From Spirosoma fluviale (lineage in GTDB: Bacteria > Bacteroidota > Bacteroidia > Cytophagales > Flexibacteraceae), in contig CAMCXM010000003.1 in the NCBI GenBank assembly GCA_945883425.1, forward strand, positions 1,945 through 65,944: a stretch of 64,000 nt of DNA, in the 5' to 3' direction. The notes beneath the pieces were generated by a model that did no database searches, had not been told where the DNA came from, and saw nothing but the letters and a program-made list of their open reading frames with translations. This document shows positions 1-11,300 of this stretch, piece by piece. The translations under genes were made by a program, and so were the position numbers. Positions within the stretch are counted from its first letter, which is position 1. Every line of letters starts with the position of its first letter.

Positions 1-117
1 CAGCTTGAAACCGTACCCTGTATTCCGGTTACTGATGTAACTGAATTCGTAATTGGCAGGAAAGCAGAAACACATAAATTACCCAAGGAAAGAAAAAAGG
101 TAGTAACGCCATTTTAA
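1..117 (+). CDS. 3' end of an upstream gene (partial, unknown function)
   Basis: Frame 1 is open from the window edge to TAA at 115-117 (...KERKKVVTPF*), 3 nt before the dnaX ATG. Too short to assign a family. Confidence 0.3.
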   Translation, partial: QLETVPCIPVTDVTEFVIGRKAETHKLPKERKKVVTPF

Positions 118-120
118 CAG

Positions 121-1809
121 ATGCAGAATTTTGTCGTTTCGGCCCGTAAGTATCGGCCATCAACATTTGATACGGTTGTTGGCCAAACGCATATTACTAC
201 CACACTAAAAAATGCCATCCGGACAAATCATCTGGCACAGGCATTTCTTTTCTGTGGTCCGCGGGGTGTAGGGAAAACAACCTGTGCACGGATCCTGGCG
301 AAAACCATCAACTGTGAGAACCTCCAGGGCGATGGAGAAGCATGTGGCGCTTGCCCTTCATGCCAGAGTTATCAGAACAACAATTCATTCAACATTCATG
401 AACTGGATGCTGCCAGCAACAACTCAGTAGACGACATCCGAAACCTGAATGAACAAGTAAGGATTCCACCTCAGTACGGGAACTACAAGGTTTATATAAT
501 TGATGAGGTTCACATGTTGAGTCAGGCGGCATTCAATGCATTCCTGAAAACACTGGAGGAGCCTCCCCGGTACGCAATTTTCATTCTGGCGACAACAGAG
601 AAACATAAGATTCTACCTACGATCCTTTCCCGTTGCCAGATATTTGACTTCAACCGGATCAAAATTTCTGACATTTCAAACCAGCTCATAAAGGTTGCTC
701 TTTCTGAAGGAATCGAATATGAAGAAGAGGGACTGCGAATCATAGCCCAAAAGGCTGATGGTGGCATGAGAGATGCATTGTCGATGTTCGATATGATCAG
801 TACCTTTTCGGCTGATAAAAAAATATCCTATTCACAGGTTATTAGCAATCTCCACATTCTCGACAGTGATTATTACTTCAGAATTACAGATTTCATTCTG
901 GATGGAAACGTTGGTAGCCTACTGCTCATTTTTGATGAAATACTTCAAAAGGGATTTGATGGGCACCACTTTATTCTTGGATTGGCAGACCACTTCCGCA
1001 ATGTTTTGGTCGCTTCAGATCCAGCAACGCATTCATTACTGGAAATTGGCGACGATAAAAAGCCGCTGTTCCTTCAACAATCATCCAGAACTTCTAATGG
1101 AGTGTATCTGAACTTATTGTCATTGGCTTCTGCTGTGGACCTCAACTATAAAAGCAGCAAAAACCAACGATTACTAGTCGAACTTTGCCTTTTGAAAATG
1201 GCGAATGTTCCAGCCACCATTGCTTCAATAGAGGCTGAAAAAAAAAAGCATTCACTAACCGATAGCGAAAAACAATCATTTAAAACTGCCCAACCAAGTC
1301 TGGTAGTAAAAGACCAGAGCAAACTAGACCGGACTCAATTCAAGACTACGATTAACATCAAAGAAACGGGTAAGGCTCAATCCAATATACAGGAAGCGGG
1401 AGATGAGAATAGTAAAAGTCTTACGACCGAATTACTAACTGAAAAACAAGATCTATCGGTAGTGGGCCTTTTAAAAGCTAAAGAACAATATATTCAATGG
1501 CTTAAAACTGAAATCAAAGCTCCTGTATCTCATTGGAGCCTGGCCATTGAAGAACATTTTGAAAACTCAACATGCTACCTCACTTTTTCAAATGACCTTT
1601 TAATTGAAGATTTTGAGAAAGAGAAGATTTACATTAACCGCTTTTTCTCTTCGTATTTTACACAGCTGCCGCAGTTTGAAACCCGCATTTCAGATCAGCC
1701 GGTAGCCGAAATAAAACCTTATACGAATACTGAAAAGTTTAATTTTCTGGGTAAGAAACACGCCAAAATTTTGCTTCTCAAAGCCAGACTCGGCCTGGAA
1801 GCAAACTAG
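121..1809 (+). CDS. dnaX: DNA polymerase III subunit gamma/tau
   Basis: 562-aa ORF. Clamp-loader AAA+ motifs are present: Walker A GPRGVGKTT, Zn module CGACPSC, Walker B IIDEVHML, and the SRC motif LSRCQ. Confidence 0.97.
   Translation: MQNFVVSARKYRPSTFDTVVGQTHITTTLKNAIRTNHLAQAFLFCGPRGVGKTTCARILAKTINCENLQGDGEACGACPSCQSYQNNNSFNIHELDAASNNSVDDIRNLNEQVRIPPQYGNYKVYIIDEVHMLSQAAFNAFLKTLEEPPRYAIFILATTEKHKILPTILSRCQIFDFNRIKISDISNQLIKVALSEGIEYEEEGLRIIAQKADGGMRDALSMFDMISTFSADKKISYSQVISNLHILDSDYYFRITDFILDGNVGSLLLIFDEILQKGFDGHHFILGLADHFRNVLVASDPATHSLLEIGDDKKPLFLQQSSRTSNGVYLNLLSLASAVDLNYKSSKNQRLLVELCLLKMANVPATIASIEAEKKKHSLTDSEKQSFKTAQPSLVVKDQSKLDRTQFKTTINIKETGKAQSNIQEAGDENSKSLTTELLTEKQDLSVVGLLKAKEQYIQWLKTEIKAPVSHWSLAIEEHFENSTCYLTFSNDLLIEDFEKEKIYINRFFSSYFTQLPQFETRISDQPVAEIKPYTNTEKFNFLGKKHAKILLLKARLGLEAN
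1238..1248 (+). other. candidate recoding site in dnaX (A10 run containing an in-phase A_AAA_AAG heptamer)
   Basis: GAA AAA AAA AAG at codons 373-376, right after the predicted domain III. The -1 frame stops at TAG 1263-1265 and the +1 frame stops at TAA 1256-1258. Confidence 0.4.
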
Positions 1810-1898
1810 TTTGACAAGGGCAGCGCACGCATTCCAGACAATTCATCTTTTTGATAATTGACGGAATACATGACTCGTGTCAAGAATTAGATTAAAAG

Positions 1899-1939
1899 AA
1901 AATGGGGTTTGCCCCTGTTCCGAAAACAAACCCCATTTT
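1899..1939. terminator. bidirectional rho-independent terminator between convergent dnaX and the OMP gene
   Basis: Perfect 13-bp stem: aaaatggggtttg (1899-1911) pairs with caaaccccatttt (1927-1939), with a 15-nt loop. T/A runs are read on both strands. Confidence 0.6.
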
Positions 1940-1957
1940 ATTGAGAACCATGAAAAA

Positions 1958-2878
1958 CTATTTCTTCCTCGGAACCTGACGGGAAGGAGCCGAAATGGTA
2001 CTTCTCGAACGTTTTGTAGTCTGACGACTGTTCATGTTTAGGAATGGTACCACAGGAAGTATGTATTCTACCTTGAGATTGATCAGAAGGTAGCCATCCC
2101 TGTTGCCTGGATTGCCGCGTTTAGCACCAACGCCATACCCAGCAAACGGAACTGGTCTTTCATCACCCCTAAAAGATAAATCTCTGGCAATATCACTACT
2201 CAGCGTTCCAGGATCTACGTACACATCGCTCACGTCATCCAATCGATCAGAAAATGAGTATCGGTAACCTGCCTGCAGACTGACGGATAATTGATCAATA
2301 ACTTTATACCCAATTCCCAATCCAAATGGTATGACGGCAGCAACACCGGAATATGAAACCCCTTCTGTTTTTAATGGCCTCAACTCTACATAATCTCCTT
2401 TGTATTCTGTTTTTGGATTGTTTGTCGTAAGACCTAGTCCTAAAAAACAGTACATACTGATTGGAAACTCTTTCCTACTGAGGTAACGGAACGTGTTGTA
2501 ATTGAGAAATTCAAAATTTGCAATTCCACTAAACTCCAGATTGTCAGACCTAAATGACAAATTTCGTTTTAAGCGACCTGTATTTCCACTTTCAAGATCC
2601 GAACCAGAAATACGGTAATATTGGGCATTCAGCGAAAAAAAGATATAATCGTTCATGCGGTAATTTGCACCTATCCCAAAGTTAAATTTGGTATTCGAGT
2701 AACAATCACCAGTAGGGCACAAATCACCAAAATAACTGGATAGGCCTAACTGACCGTGAACTGAAAATGACTTTAATTTTGGATCTCTGAAATCAAAAAC
2801 CCGGTAACGGGGTTGCGCCACTACTACCGAAGTAACAGTAACGAAAAGTAAAAATGCTAAAAAGGAAAATCTATTCAT
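1958..2878 (-). CDS. outer-membrane beta-barrel protein, DUF6089-like (family name from memory)
   Basis: Start moved to ATG 2878 (MNRFSFLAFLLFVTVTSVVVAQ signal peptide). It has alternating beta-strand motifs and a C-terminal ...YRYSFSDRLDDVSD motif shared with 22686-23414 and 23436-24563. Confidence 0.75.
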   Translation of the reverse strand: MNRFSFLAFLLFVTVTSVVVAQPRYRVFDFRDPKLKSFSVHGQLGLSSYFGDLCPTGDCYSNTKFNFGIGANYRMNDYIFFSLNAQYYRISGSDLESGNTGRLKRNLSFRSDNLEFSGIANFEFLNYNTFRYLSRKEFPISMYCFLGLGLTTNNPKTEYKGDYVELRPLKTEGVSYSGVAAVIPFGLGIGYKVIDQLSVSLQAGYRYSFSDRLDDVSDVYVDPGTLSSDIARDLSFRGDERPVPFAGYGVGAKRGNPGNRDGYLLINLKVEYILPVVPFLNMNSRQTTKRSRSTISAPSRQVPRKK

Positions 2879-2986
2879 ATAACTATACCCCAAAGGCGGA
2901 CATAATATAATTGCAAAGTAAGCCAAGAAACACAACTACTCCAACCCTAATTAACAGCAAGTGCGAAACCGCTAGTTATAAGAGGA

Positions 2987-4297
2987 TTATTTCATGTAGT
3001 ATTTTACTTCAACGCGTCGGTTTTGCGCCTGACCATCTTCAGTTGAGTTGTCTGCCATTGGATTCAACTCACCGAAACCACGGGATTCGATGATACTTTT
3101 AGAAATTCCGTTTTTAATAAGAAACTTCTTCACAGCAAGTGCTCGTCTTTCCGACAACCGCTGATTGTATTTTTCTGAACCCTTATTATCTGTATGACCC
3201 TCGACCTGAATGCGGTATGACGTATTCTGCTTCAACCTGGCGACAACATTGTTCAGACTCGCTTTGGAATCGGGGTTGATGACTACTGAATTGAAACCAA
3301 ATAATGCCTGGTCAAGTGTATCTGTGCGCTTTGGAACAGGCGGAGCTGCCACTACAGGTGGAGGTGGGACTGTATCTACTACAGGAGCGGGCGGAGGCGG
3401 AGGTGGAGGTTGTATCATACTGATCACATACAGATCTCCCAAACCTGCACTTCCCTCACCACTGATATAGTAAGCGTTTCCTTCACCATCCACGGAAAAA
3501 GAGCCATCAAAACCTGTTGTATTGATTCGGGTGCCAACATTTTCGGGAGTTGACCAGTTCATCCATGTATCGTCAAGGCGCTTTGTCATGAAAATATCGG
3601 CGTCTCCGCTTCCACCAAGGCCATTTGAACTGAAATACATTGTCTTTCCGTCTGGAGAAAGAACAGGTGATGTTTCAAAACCAGTGGTATTTATAGCATC
3701 CGCAAGATGTCTGGGTTCACCAAACATACCCGTTGCTGGATCTTTTGTCATGATATACAGATCTTCCAGCCCTTTGGTATCGCTTCCTTCAAAAGAGGCA
3801 ATGGCTGTATTTTCATCATATGATACAAACACTTGAAAAAATCCTTTCTCCGGGAACTTGAAACTGGTTACTTTCCTTGGCTGGCCCCACACGCCATTCT
3901 GAAAGTCAGAAACTGAAATACCAGGATCAGTTTTATCCTGCCGTATTTTAATTGAATTCAGGTAAATACGATTTCCATCCGAACTCACACCGCAAACGGC
4001 ATTGTGGAATTCATCATTCAATGGTGCACCAATATTTTTAGCACCCGACCATTTTCCATCACCAATCTTTTTACTGAAATAGATATCCTGCATCCCATTT
4101 ACACCACCCACGTTGCCAGAATAAAATGACCGCACAAAGTAGAGGGTCTTCCCATCCGACGACATCACAGCTGCTGACTCATCCTGACTGGAATTGACGG
4201 AATCGGACATGACAGTCCGACTCTCATATATTGCTTTCTGAGCATAGCTCCCGGCACTTAAAACCAGAGATAAGGATATTAGAAGTAACTTATTCAT
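2987..4297 (-). CDS. OmpA-family protein with TolB/WD40-like beta-propeller repeats
   Basis: Signal peptide MNKLLLISLSLVLSAGSYAQ, repeated S.DG..lYF.S motifs, and a poly-Pro linker (PPPPPPPAPVVDTVPPPP). The C-terminal OmpA domain reads GHTDNKGSEKYNQRLSERRA...NRRVEV. Confidence 0.9.
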   Translation of the reverse strand: MNKLLLISLSLVLSAGSYAQKAIYESRTVMSDSVNSSQDESAAVMSSDGKTLYFVRSFYSGNVGGVNGMQDIYFSKKIGDGKWSGAKNIGAPLNDEFHNAVCGVSSDGNRIYLNSIKIRQDKTDPGISVSDFQNGVWGQPRKVTSFKFPEKGFFQVFVSYDENTAIASFEGSDTKGLEDLYIMTKDPATGMFGEPRHLADAINTTGFETSPVLSPDGKTMYFSSNGLGGSGDADIFMTKRLDDTWMNWSTPENVGTRINTTGFDGSFSVDGEGNAYYISGEGSAGLGDLYVISMIQPPPPPPPAPVVDTVPPPPVVAAPPVPKRTDTLDQALFGFNSVVINPDSKASLNNVVARLKQNTSYRIQVEGHTDNKGSEKYNQRLSERRALAVKKFLIKNGISKSIIESRGFGELNPMADNSTEDGQAQNRRVEVKYYMK

Positions 4298-4322
4298 TTC
4301 TTTACTTTGAATCTTAGGTTGC

Positions 4323-5327
4323 TTACCACATTGAAGGCCTTGAAAAATTAGTGCCGCTTCGCACGAGGCGCAGGCCTAAAACAATCTCATGAGAACCATT
4401 GCTGGCTGTATTCAGCTTACTGTAAGTGTAATCATACGCATAAGACAAACTGAGAAAATTGGAAAGATTCATACCCAGAAACCCGGAGAATGAATCCTGA
4501 TTCCGAAAATTCGGACCAAACCAAATGATGTCTTTATATCCAACACGTAAGCTTCCGTCTACTGAGACTGGAGCTCCATCCACGTATTTGAGCATCGCAG
4601 TAGGAACAATATACCAGGTTTCATTCAGATCAAACCTGACACCTGCGGTGGCATAATGGTGAACCTTTTGCTTTCCGACCAAAGTGCTGTTGTCGCTAAG
4701 TGAAAATATCTTGTTACGTAAAAGAAAATTCCCGGAGTAACCGATGAAAAACCGTTGAGAATGAAGAAAGACACCGGCTGAAAGGTCTGGATTCAGCTTA
4801 CTGTTTACCCCGTTTCCAATTCCAGGGTCAGATGCCGCACTTACATTAAGCTTATCCCTGTCAAGAGAAGTTTGCGATAATGAAAGTCCAACTCCGAAAG
4901 AAAGTTTCAATTGTTCCTCATTAAGTGGTAGATGCAAGGCATATGACACATTACCGCTACTTAGTGAAGTAGGTGATGTTTGATCAACCAGAACATACCC
5001 ACCTAATGCGTGCTTCATACCTACTTTAACCGGTGGTTTCTCCGTTACAAACCGTGATGCAAGCCTACCTCTGACTGGCAATGACAACGTTGGTTCATCA
5101 GTTCCAAACTGTCCACTGACAGAAGCAAACAAAGTACTGGGTGAATTGGAAAGACCAGCCCATTGTTTCCTGTAGCCAATTTTAAAGTCTGTAAATTTAT
5201 TTACACCGGTCATAGCTGGATTTATGACATTTCCGGTTTGCATAAACTGAGTGAACTGCGGAGCCTGTTGAGAGAACCCGGCAAAGGATATCAATATGCA
5301 GATTCCTGAGATTAGATATTTTTTCAT
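4323..5327 (-). CDS. PorP/SprF-family type IX secretion system membrane protein
   Basis: 334 aa with a signal peptide and the N-terminal QQAPQFTQFMQTGNVINPAMTG signature. It lies 18 nt downstream of a type-B-CTD gene. Confidence 0.9.
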   Translation of the reverse strand: MKKYLISGICILISFAGFSQQAPQFTQFMQTGNVINPAMTGVNKFTDFKIGYRKQWAGLSNSPSTLFASVSGQFGTDEPTLSLPVRGRLASRFVTEKPPVKVGMKHALGGYVLVDQTSPTSLSSGNVSYALHLPLNEEQLKLSFGVGLSLSQTSLDRDKLNVSAASDPGIGNGVNSKLNPDLSAGVFLHSQRFFIGYSGNFLLRNKIFSLSDNSTLVGKQKVHHYATAGVRFDLNETWYIVPTAMLKYVDGAPVSVDGSLRVGYKDIIWFGPNFRNQDSFSGFLGMNLSNFLSLSYAYDYTYSKLNTASNGSHEIVLGLRLVRSGTNFSRPSMW

Positions 5328-5345
5328 TTCCTGAGTTCGTAAAGA

Positions 5346-8300
5346 TTAACGTACCAAAGTGACAGTTCCGGTTCTGGTTGATTTTCCATCATCATAGGTG
5401 TAATAATAAGTTCCGGCTGGTAAGTTGTCGCCATCCCAATCATTTTTATACCCTGAGAATTCCTTCACAATATTTCCCCAACGATTGAAAATAGTGAGCT
5501 TATTTGTTGAAATATCATCTGCACCCGGAATGATCCAGGTATCAAATGTTCCGTCGTTGTTAGGTGTAAATACGTTTGGAATTTCATTACTTCCAGAACC
5601 AACGGTAATCAGCACAGAATCAGCACCGGAACATCCGTTTTTAGTAACGACAACTTTATACGTTGTGGTTTCAACAGGTGAAGCAACCGGATTCGAAACA
5701 GCGGCATTTGTTAACGTGGCAGCTGGGCTCCATGAATAAGTGCCATCCGCTCCATTCACAGTAAGGTCAACCGTTTCTCCGGGGAGAATTTTAGTTCGGC
5801 TCGAAGTAATTTCCGGAACCGGTATCGCATTAACGGTGGCAGTAGTAATCGTCCGCCCACTTTCACATCCCTTCGCATCCACAGTTGAAACATAAAATGA
5901 TGAAGTCGAAGAAATCTCGGTCTGGAAATCATTTTCTGAAGACAATGAACTGCCACCTGTTTCAGTTGAATACCATTTCACAGTGGATCCCGCTCCGGAA
6001 CTCGCAGTTAAGGTAACCAAACCTGGACCGCATCTCACAGCAGGGATACTTGCTGGCACTCCCGGAATCGGATTCAGTTGAACAATACATTCTGTTCTGG
6101 AACTTTCGCAACCTGCCTGGTCTACGGATGAAGCGAAGAAGGTGCCGGAATTCTGGATATCAGTTGTGAATTGAGCTCCCGTTTGAAGGACGTCACCACC
6201 TGTTGCCTGAGAATACCAACGGAATGTGGAAATTCCGGGTGAACTGGTTGTCAGAGTTACGGATCCTGTTCCACAACGTTCAGCAGTATCGGATAAAGGG
6301 GCTGTTGGCAAAGACGAAACAACAACCGAAACCGATGCCCTTTCACTTGCACAACCATTTTCAGAAGAAGAAACATAGAAACTGGACGTTTGGGACAACA
6401 ATAAAACCTGATAGGTGTCGCCTGTTCCAAGAACAATACCGCCTGATGGAGAATCGAACCATGTAAAGTTGTTGCCACCAGTCGCTGTTAATGTTACAGT
6501 TCCAGGCCCGCAAAGTGGAGTTACCGGAGAAATTGAAGGGGTAGATGGAATTGAATTGATTACCGCCTTTATTTCTTGCCTGTCACTTTCACAGCCAGGG
6601 AGATAAGAAGATGCATAATAAGAAGTTGTGGAACTCAGAACAGGTGTTGAAAATGTGGCACCTGTAAACAATAAAGACCCACCCACTTGTGAATCGTACC
6701 AGCGAACATCCGCTCCAATCGAAGGAGTTGCGGCCAGATCAACTGAACCATTTCCGCAACGCGTGACATTTGCCCCAGTTGGCGTTGTGGTCGATTCTGA
6801 AATGATGGCTTTAATCTCTAAGCGGGGACTTTCACATACCCCAATTTTACTGGACAAATAATAACTGGTTGTCGCATTCAAAACAGGTGTCGTGTAAGTA
6901 GTTCCAGTGTTTAGTAAAGTTCCACCAGTTGGCGCATTATACCATTGAATCGGTAATCCTGCAGCCTGAGAGGCTGTTAACTGAACACTGCCACTGCCAC
7001 AGTTGGCAACATTGGAACCTGTCGGTGTAGCAGGAACGGGATTAATGGTGACGATTGCCATTGCTCTCGGGCTAAGGCAACCACCATTTGTTTCCGCTTG
7101 CACATAAAATGTATCAGACTGAGTAAGTGTTGGATTAAACGGGTTTCCAGTAAAGAGTTGAGTGCCCCCAAATTCCGCATCAAACCAGACAAAAAATGCA
7201 CCGCTTGTGTTGGAGTTTCCGGTAAGATTTATCAAACCGCTACCACAAATGTTTACATCATTCGTTCCAATAGAAATCGGAAAAGCAGACATTGTCACAA
7301 CAAGTGATTGACGAACAGAGCTTTCACAGCTTCCCTCTGCAATTGCCACATAGTAGGTTGACGTTGCAGAGACATTGACCGAAAATGGAGAACCTGTGCC
7401 GATCAACGTTCCGCCCGTAGGAGCGTCATACCATTTGTAGGACTGGCCAGCCAATGCACCAGTTGCAGTTAAATCTGTATTTCCTGCAAAACAACGTACA
7501 ATCGGTGTGGTACCAGGGGTTGGAAGATCATTGGAAATTTTCGCTATCACCCGAACTCTGGAAGACTCGCATAAACCTTCCGCAATGGAAACATAAAATG
7601 TATCCGCAGATACAAGATTGGGAATCACATATGAACTGCCAGTTGCAATGACCGATCCGCCAGTGAGGTTGGTATACCAATTATAGATCTGTCCAGCCGC
7701 AGCTCCGGACGCCGTCAACGTAACACTTCCGGGAACGCACTGTGAAACATCGGCTGCTGTAGGAAGGATGAGATTATTTGATAAAAGAGCGGTTACCGGA
7801 ACACGAGCACTTTCGCAATTTCCCTGACCTGCACTTACAAAGAATGTGGTCGTATTATTAATGCTGGTCTGAAAGTTGGAACCTGTAAAAAGGACAGAAC
7901 CTCCGGTCGCACTTGAATACCAAATATAAGATGCGCCTGCACCACTGCCGGTAGCATTAAGCGAAACCTGACCCGGAGCACAAACGGTGTCAGCAGTCAC
8001 AGCAGGCAAGCCAGGCGCTTGGGAATATGAAACCTGAACAGCCGTCCGGATACTGCTTTCACAGAGTCCGTTGGAAATGGTCACATAAAATGTGGTATCG
8101 GAAGAGACTGTCACATTCAGAACACCATTATTTGTGGCAAATGGAGTATTAATGGTGGGTGATGTATACCAGAAATACGTTTCCCCACCTGTAGCTACAA
8201 GTTGAATCTCAGCAGATCCGCAAACAGATGGAGGGGATTGAAAGCCAGCCGGAGGTAAACCAATGGAAACCAGTAGCGGAGGTCCAAATGAACTGTTTCC

Positions 8301-11300
8301 ACAGGCAGAGACCGCTCTGGCACGAATCACCGCGACACCAGAAAAGATATTATTCCAGTCAACCACTGCACTGTTTGCTGTGGTTGAAATAGTTCCTGCA
8401 TTTGAAGGCACCACCTCGAATTCATAAGAAGTAGCACCTGCGACCGGATCAACAGAATAAGTTTGGTTGGATGGGTCTGAACACAACTGAGTTGCTCCCT
8501 GAGCAAGGCCAGGACTGCTGTTGGGTGTAACAGACAGGTTCACCGTTGAACTACCGCATTGATCTCCATCCAGGTACACGAGAATGGGACCTGATATTCC
8601 ATCCTGAGATGTTGAAATCCGGACGGTATCCATAGAAGGTGAACTGGTGGAGGCATCTTGTACGAACACACCAGCAGGCAATATCCATTGGAATGAATTA
8701 ACTGCACCCGTAAATGTGCCGGACACATTTGCCAACACAGATCCTCCACTACATAAAGTCATTGAATTCCCGGTGGAAGGCTGAATGGAGAATGTGGCAG
8801 GATTGGAGTTGATGGTGGGGGCTGTTCTTTGCAATGAATCAAATCCACAGCCATTGATCGATTTCACAACGATTGAGCCGGGTTGAGCGGAGGCAGAAAC
8901 GGTAACGGAAACCGTATTCGAATTGGAAGCACCATTGATTGTCCAACCGGAAGGGAAAGACCAGGAATAAGAAGTTGCACCCAATGTTGGATTGATAAAG
9001 AAGTCAAGAGTTGTTTCTGAACAAACATTCCCATTAAGTGATGGAAGAATTCTCTCGGCAGGTAAAATATCCGGAACCCCTTTGCGGATCACCACCGATT
9101 GAGGATTACTGATGCCGCATTCGTTTTGTGCCTGAACAAATAGACTTGCCTGAACAGAACCACCAGCCTGCGGTACAAACAACCGGGTTGTATTGGTTCC
9201 CTGATCCAGAACTTCCCAGGTATTTCCTGAGGTGTACCAGCTGTATGTATTTCCTGCTACTGATGAAGTAGAGTATGAGATGGTATCATCGGAACAAAAT
9301 CCAGATGAAGATCCCGTTATAGAAGATGGAATTGCCGGAATGCTTTGATTGAGAGCGGAACCCAGTTGGATCGATGCTGGTGAACTTGCCCCGCATTGAT
9401 TGACTGCCACAACAGACAGCTGACCCCCTGTAGCGCCAGAACTTGCCTTAACTGTGATGTTTGACGTGGAACTGCTTCCGGAATACCCTGTCCCTGAAAC
9501 TGTCCATTGATAAGCCATAACCTGAGGATCGGCTACAACTGAGAAACTCTTTGGAATATCGACGCAGACAGATGGAGAACCAGGAGTGAAAACAGGTACA
9601 GATGGAACATTTCCCTGACTGGAAATTGGGAACTGTACGGGTGAACTTGAATTTGAACATCCGGACACAACGACCTGCAAACTGCATGAAGAAGCTACAG
9701 TTGCTCCGCTTGTTACATTCACCACATTGGTAGCTGTTACCGGCGAAGAAAGATTCCATCCCTGGCATCCGGCTCCGGTTATCGTCCAGGAGTATGATGT
9801 TGCACCATCTACCGGATTCACCTGATATGGGAGAGTCTGGTTGGGACAGTGAGATGGAGGAAAAAACGATGATGTCGGTGCATTTACAGTCGCATTCACT
9901 TGAAGCGTAGTTGTTCTTGCCCGACTAACCCCTGTTCCATTAATGGCATAAACTGTCAGGAATCCGCTACTGGCTCCTGCTGCACGGGTCAATGTGATGG
10001 AATTGGTGGTCGATGAACCGGTCCAACCGTTTGCTTCAATTATCCAACGATATGATGAGGCACCTGCTACTGCTGGGACCGAGAAAGTAAACTCAGTACC
10101 AGAACAAAGACTGGATGGTTTCGCAATCGTATCCGGTTGAGCAGGAGGTTGATTTGTTGGATTAAAAAACAACTTTCCAAAAACAGCTGTGGAATTATTT
10201 AATGAGCTTGAACCCCAGGCTGGAGCATTTGCCAGAATCAGATCACCGCCTGTTCCTTTATGGTAACCGGTTACAAGGAGACCTCCGTCAATCGGAAAAA
10301 TAGAACGAAGTACAGTATTGTCAGAAGTACCATTCGCCGGATTCCAGATGCCAGTGACAAGAGATGAATAAACAACTGAATCGAGACCTGAGCTGTAAAC
10401 CCTGGCAAAAGCATTCAGTGATGAAACGCCACCGCCCAATTGATATGGCCCCGGTTTCAGCATTTTCTGATACGCTGAACGGGTTGTGATTGTTCTCTGC
10501 CCTGTTCCGCACACATAAATCTGGCCAGTTAGAGGATGAACCGATAATTGATTAATCGTAGTTGATCCAAGATTGTAATCACCTTTATTCAGATCAGGAA
10601 AACCATCCAGATTTGGATCGGAAGAAGCTGTCTGAAACATCTGATTCTCTTGAAGCTCTCCCACATATGTACTCCTGTGGATAATACCTGAAACTGCGTT
10701 GTACTTTCCAATCCAGAAGTAATCTGGTGTTACAGGACCTGTTGCGGCACCTGATAAACTATTCTGAAAACCATTACCGGTTTTGTTGGCATTCAATTCA
10801 TTTCCCTTCCAGAAATTATTCTGACTATTTCCTCTTGTCCGGCCTAAAACAACCACTTGATCATGAGAATAATCAAAGTCAATACCTTCCACCTGTTGTT
10901 GAGCTGACGAACGGGCTCCATCTTCTTTATGAAGTCGTGCCCACCATTTGAGCTCTCCATTTTCATTACAAGCAGCGAGAGCAGGCTCTGTGTCATCGAG
11001 ACCGGTTTGATTGGAAGCCGATGTCACCGAAATACTGAACCCTATGTAGAAATGTCCGTTGCGTTTATCAAAAACAATTCCACCGATTTTTCCTGTCCAT
11101 TTGCCACCTCCGGTTCCAACGCTGTATCCGGTGTATCCGGGACCATTGGTGGTTGCTGGTGCTCCCCCCAGATACTGAGGGGAATCAAAAAAAGCATCCA
11201 AAGGAAAAGCTCCTTTCCTTCCAATATTACCATTTTCATCTCTGCTTACCTGATTGAAAAGGCTGCTGGAATATGAACGCATGGCTCCAGGGACAACCGT

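Noticed and set aside
1299-1318. A 6-bp hairpin (tctggt/accaga) downstream of the dnaX A-run, considered as a frameshift stimulator.
   Set aside because: It starts about 50 nt after the slippery site, and the stem is short. Known stimulatory structures sit about 5-10 nt downstream.
3210-3470. A plus-strand ORF with a poly-Gly run (GGGGTVSTTGAGGGGGGG).
   Set aside because: It is the reverse-complement reading of the poly-Pro linker of the OmpA-family gene.
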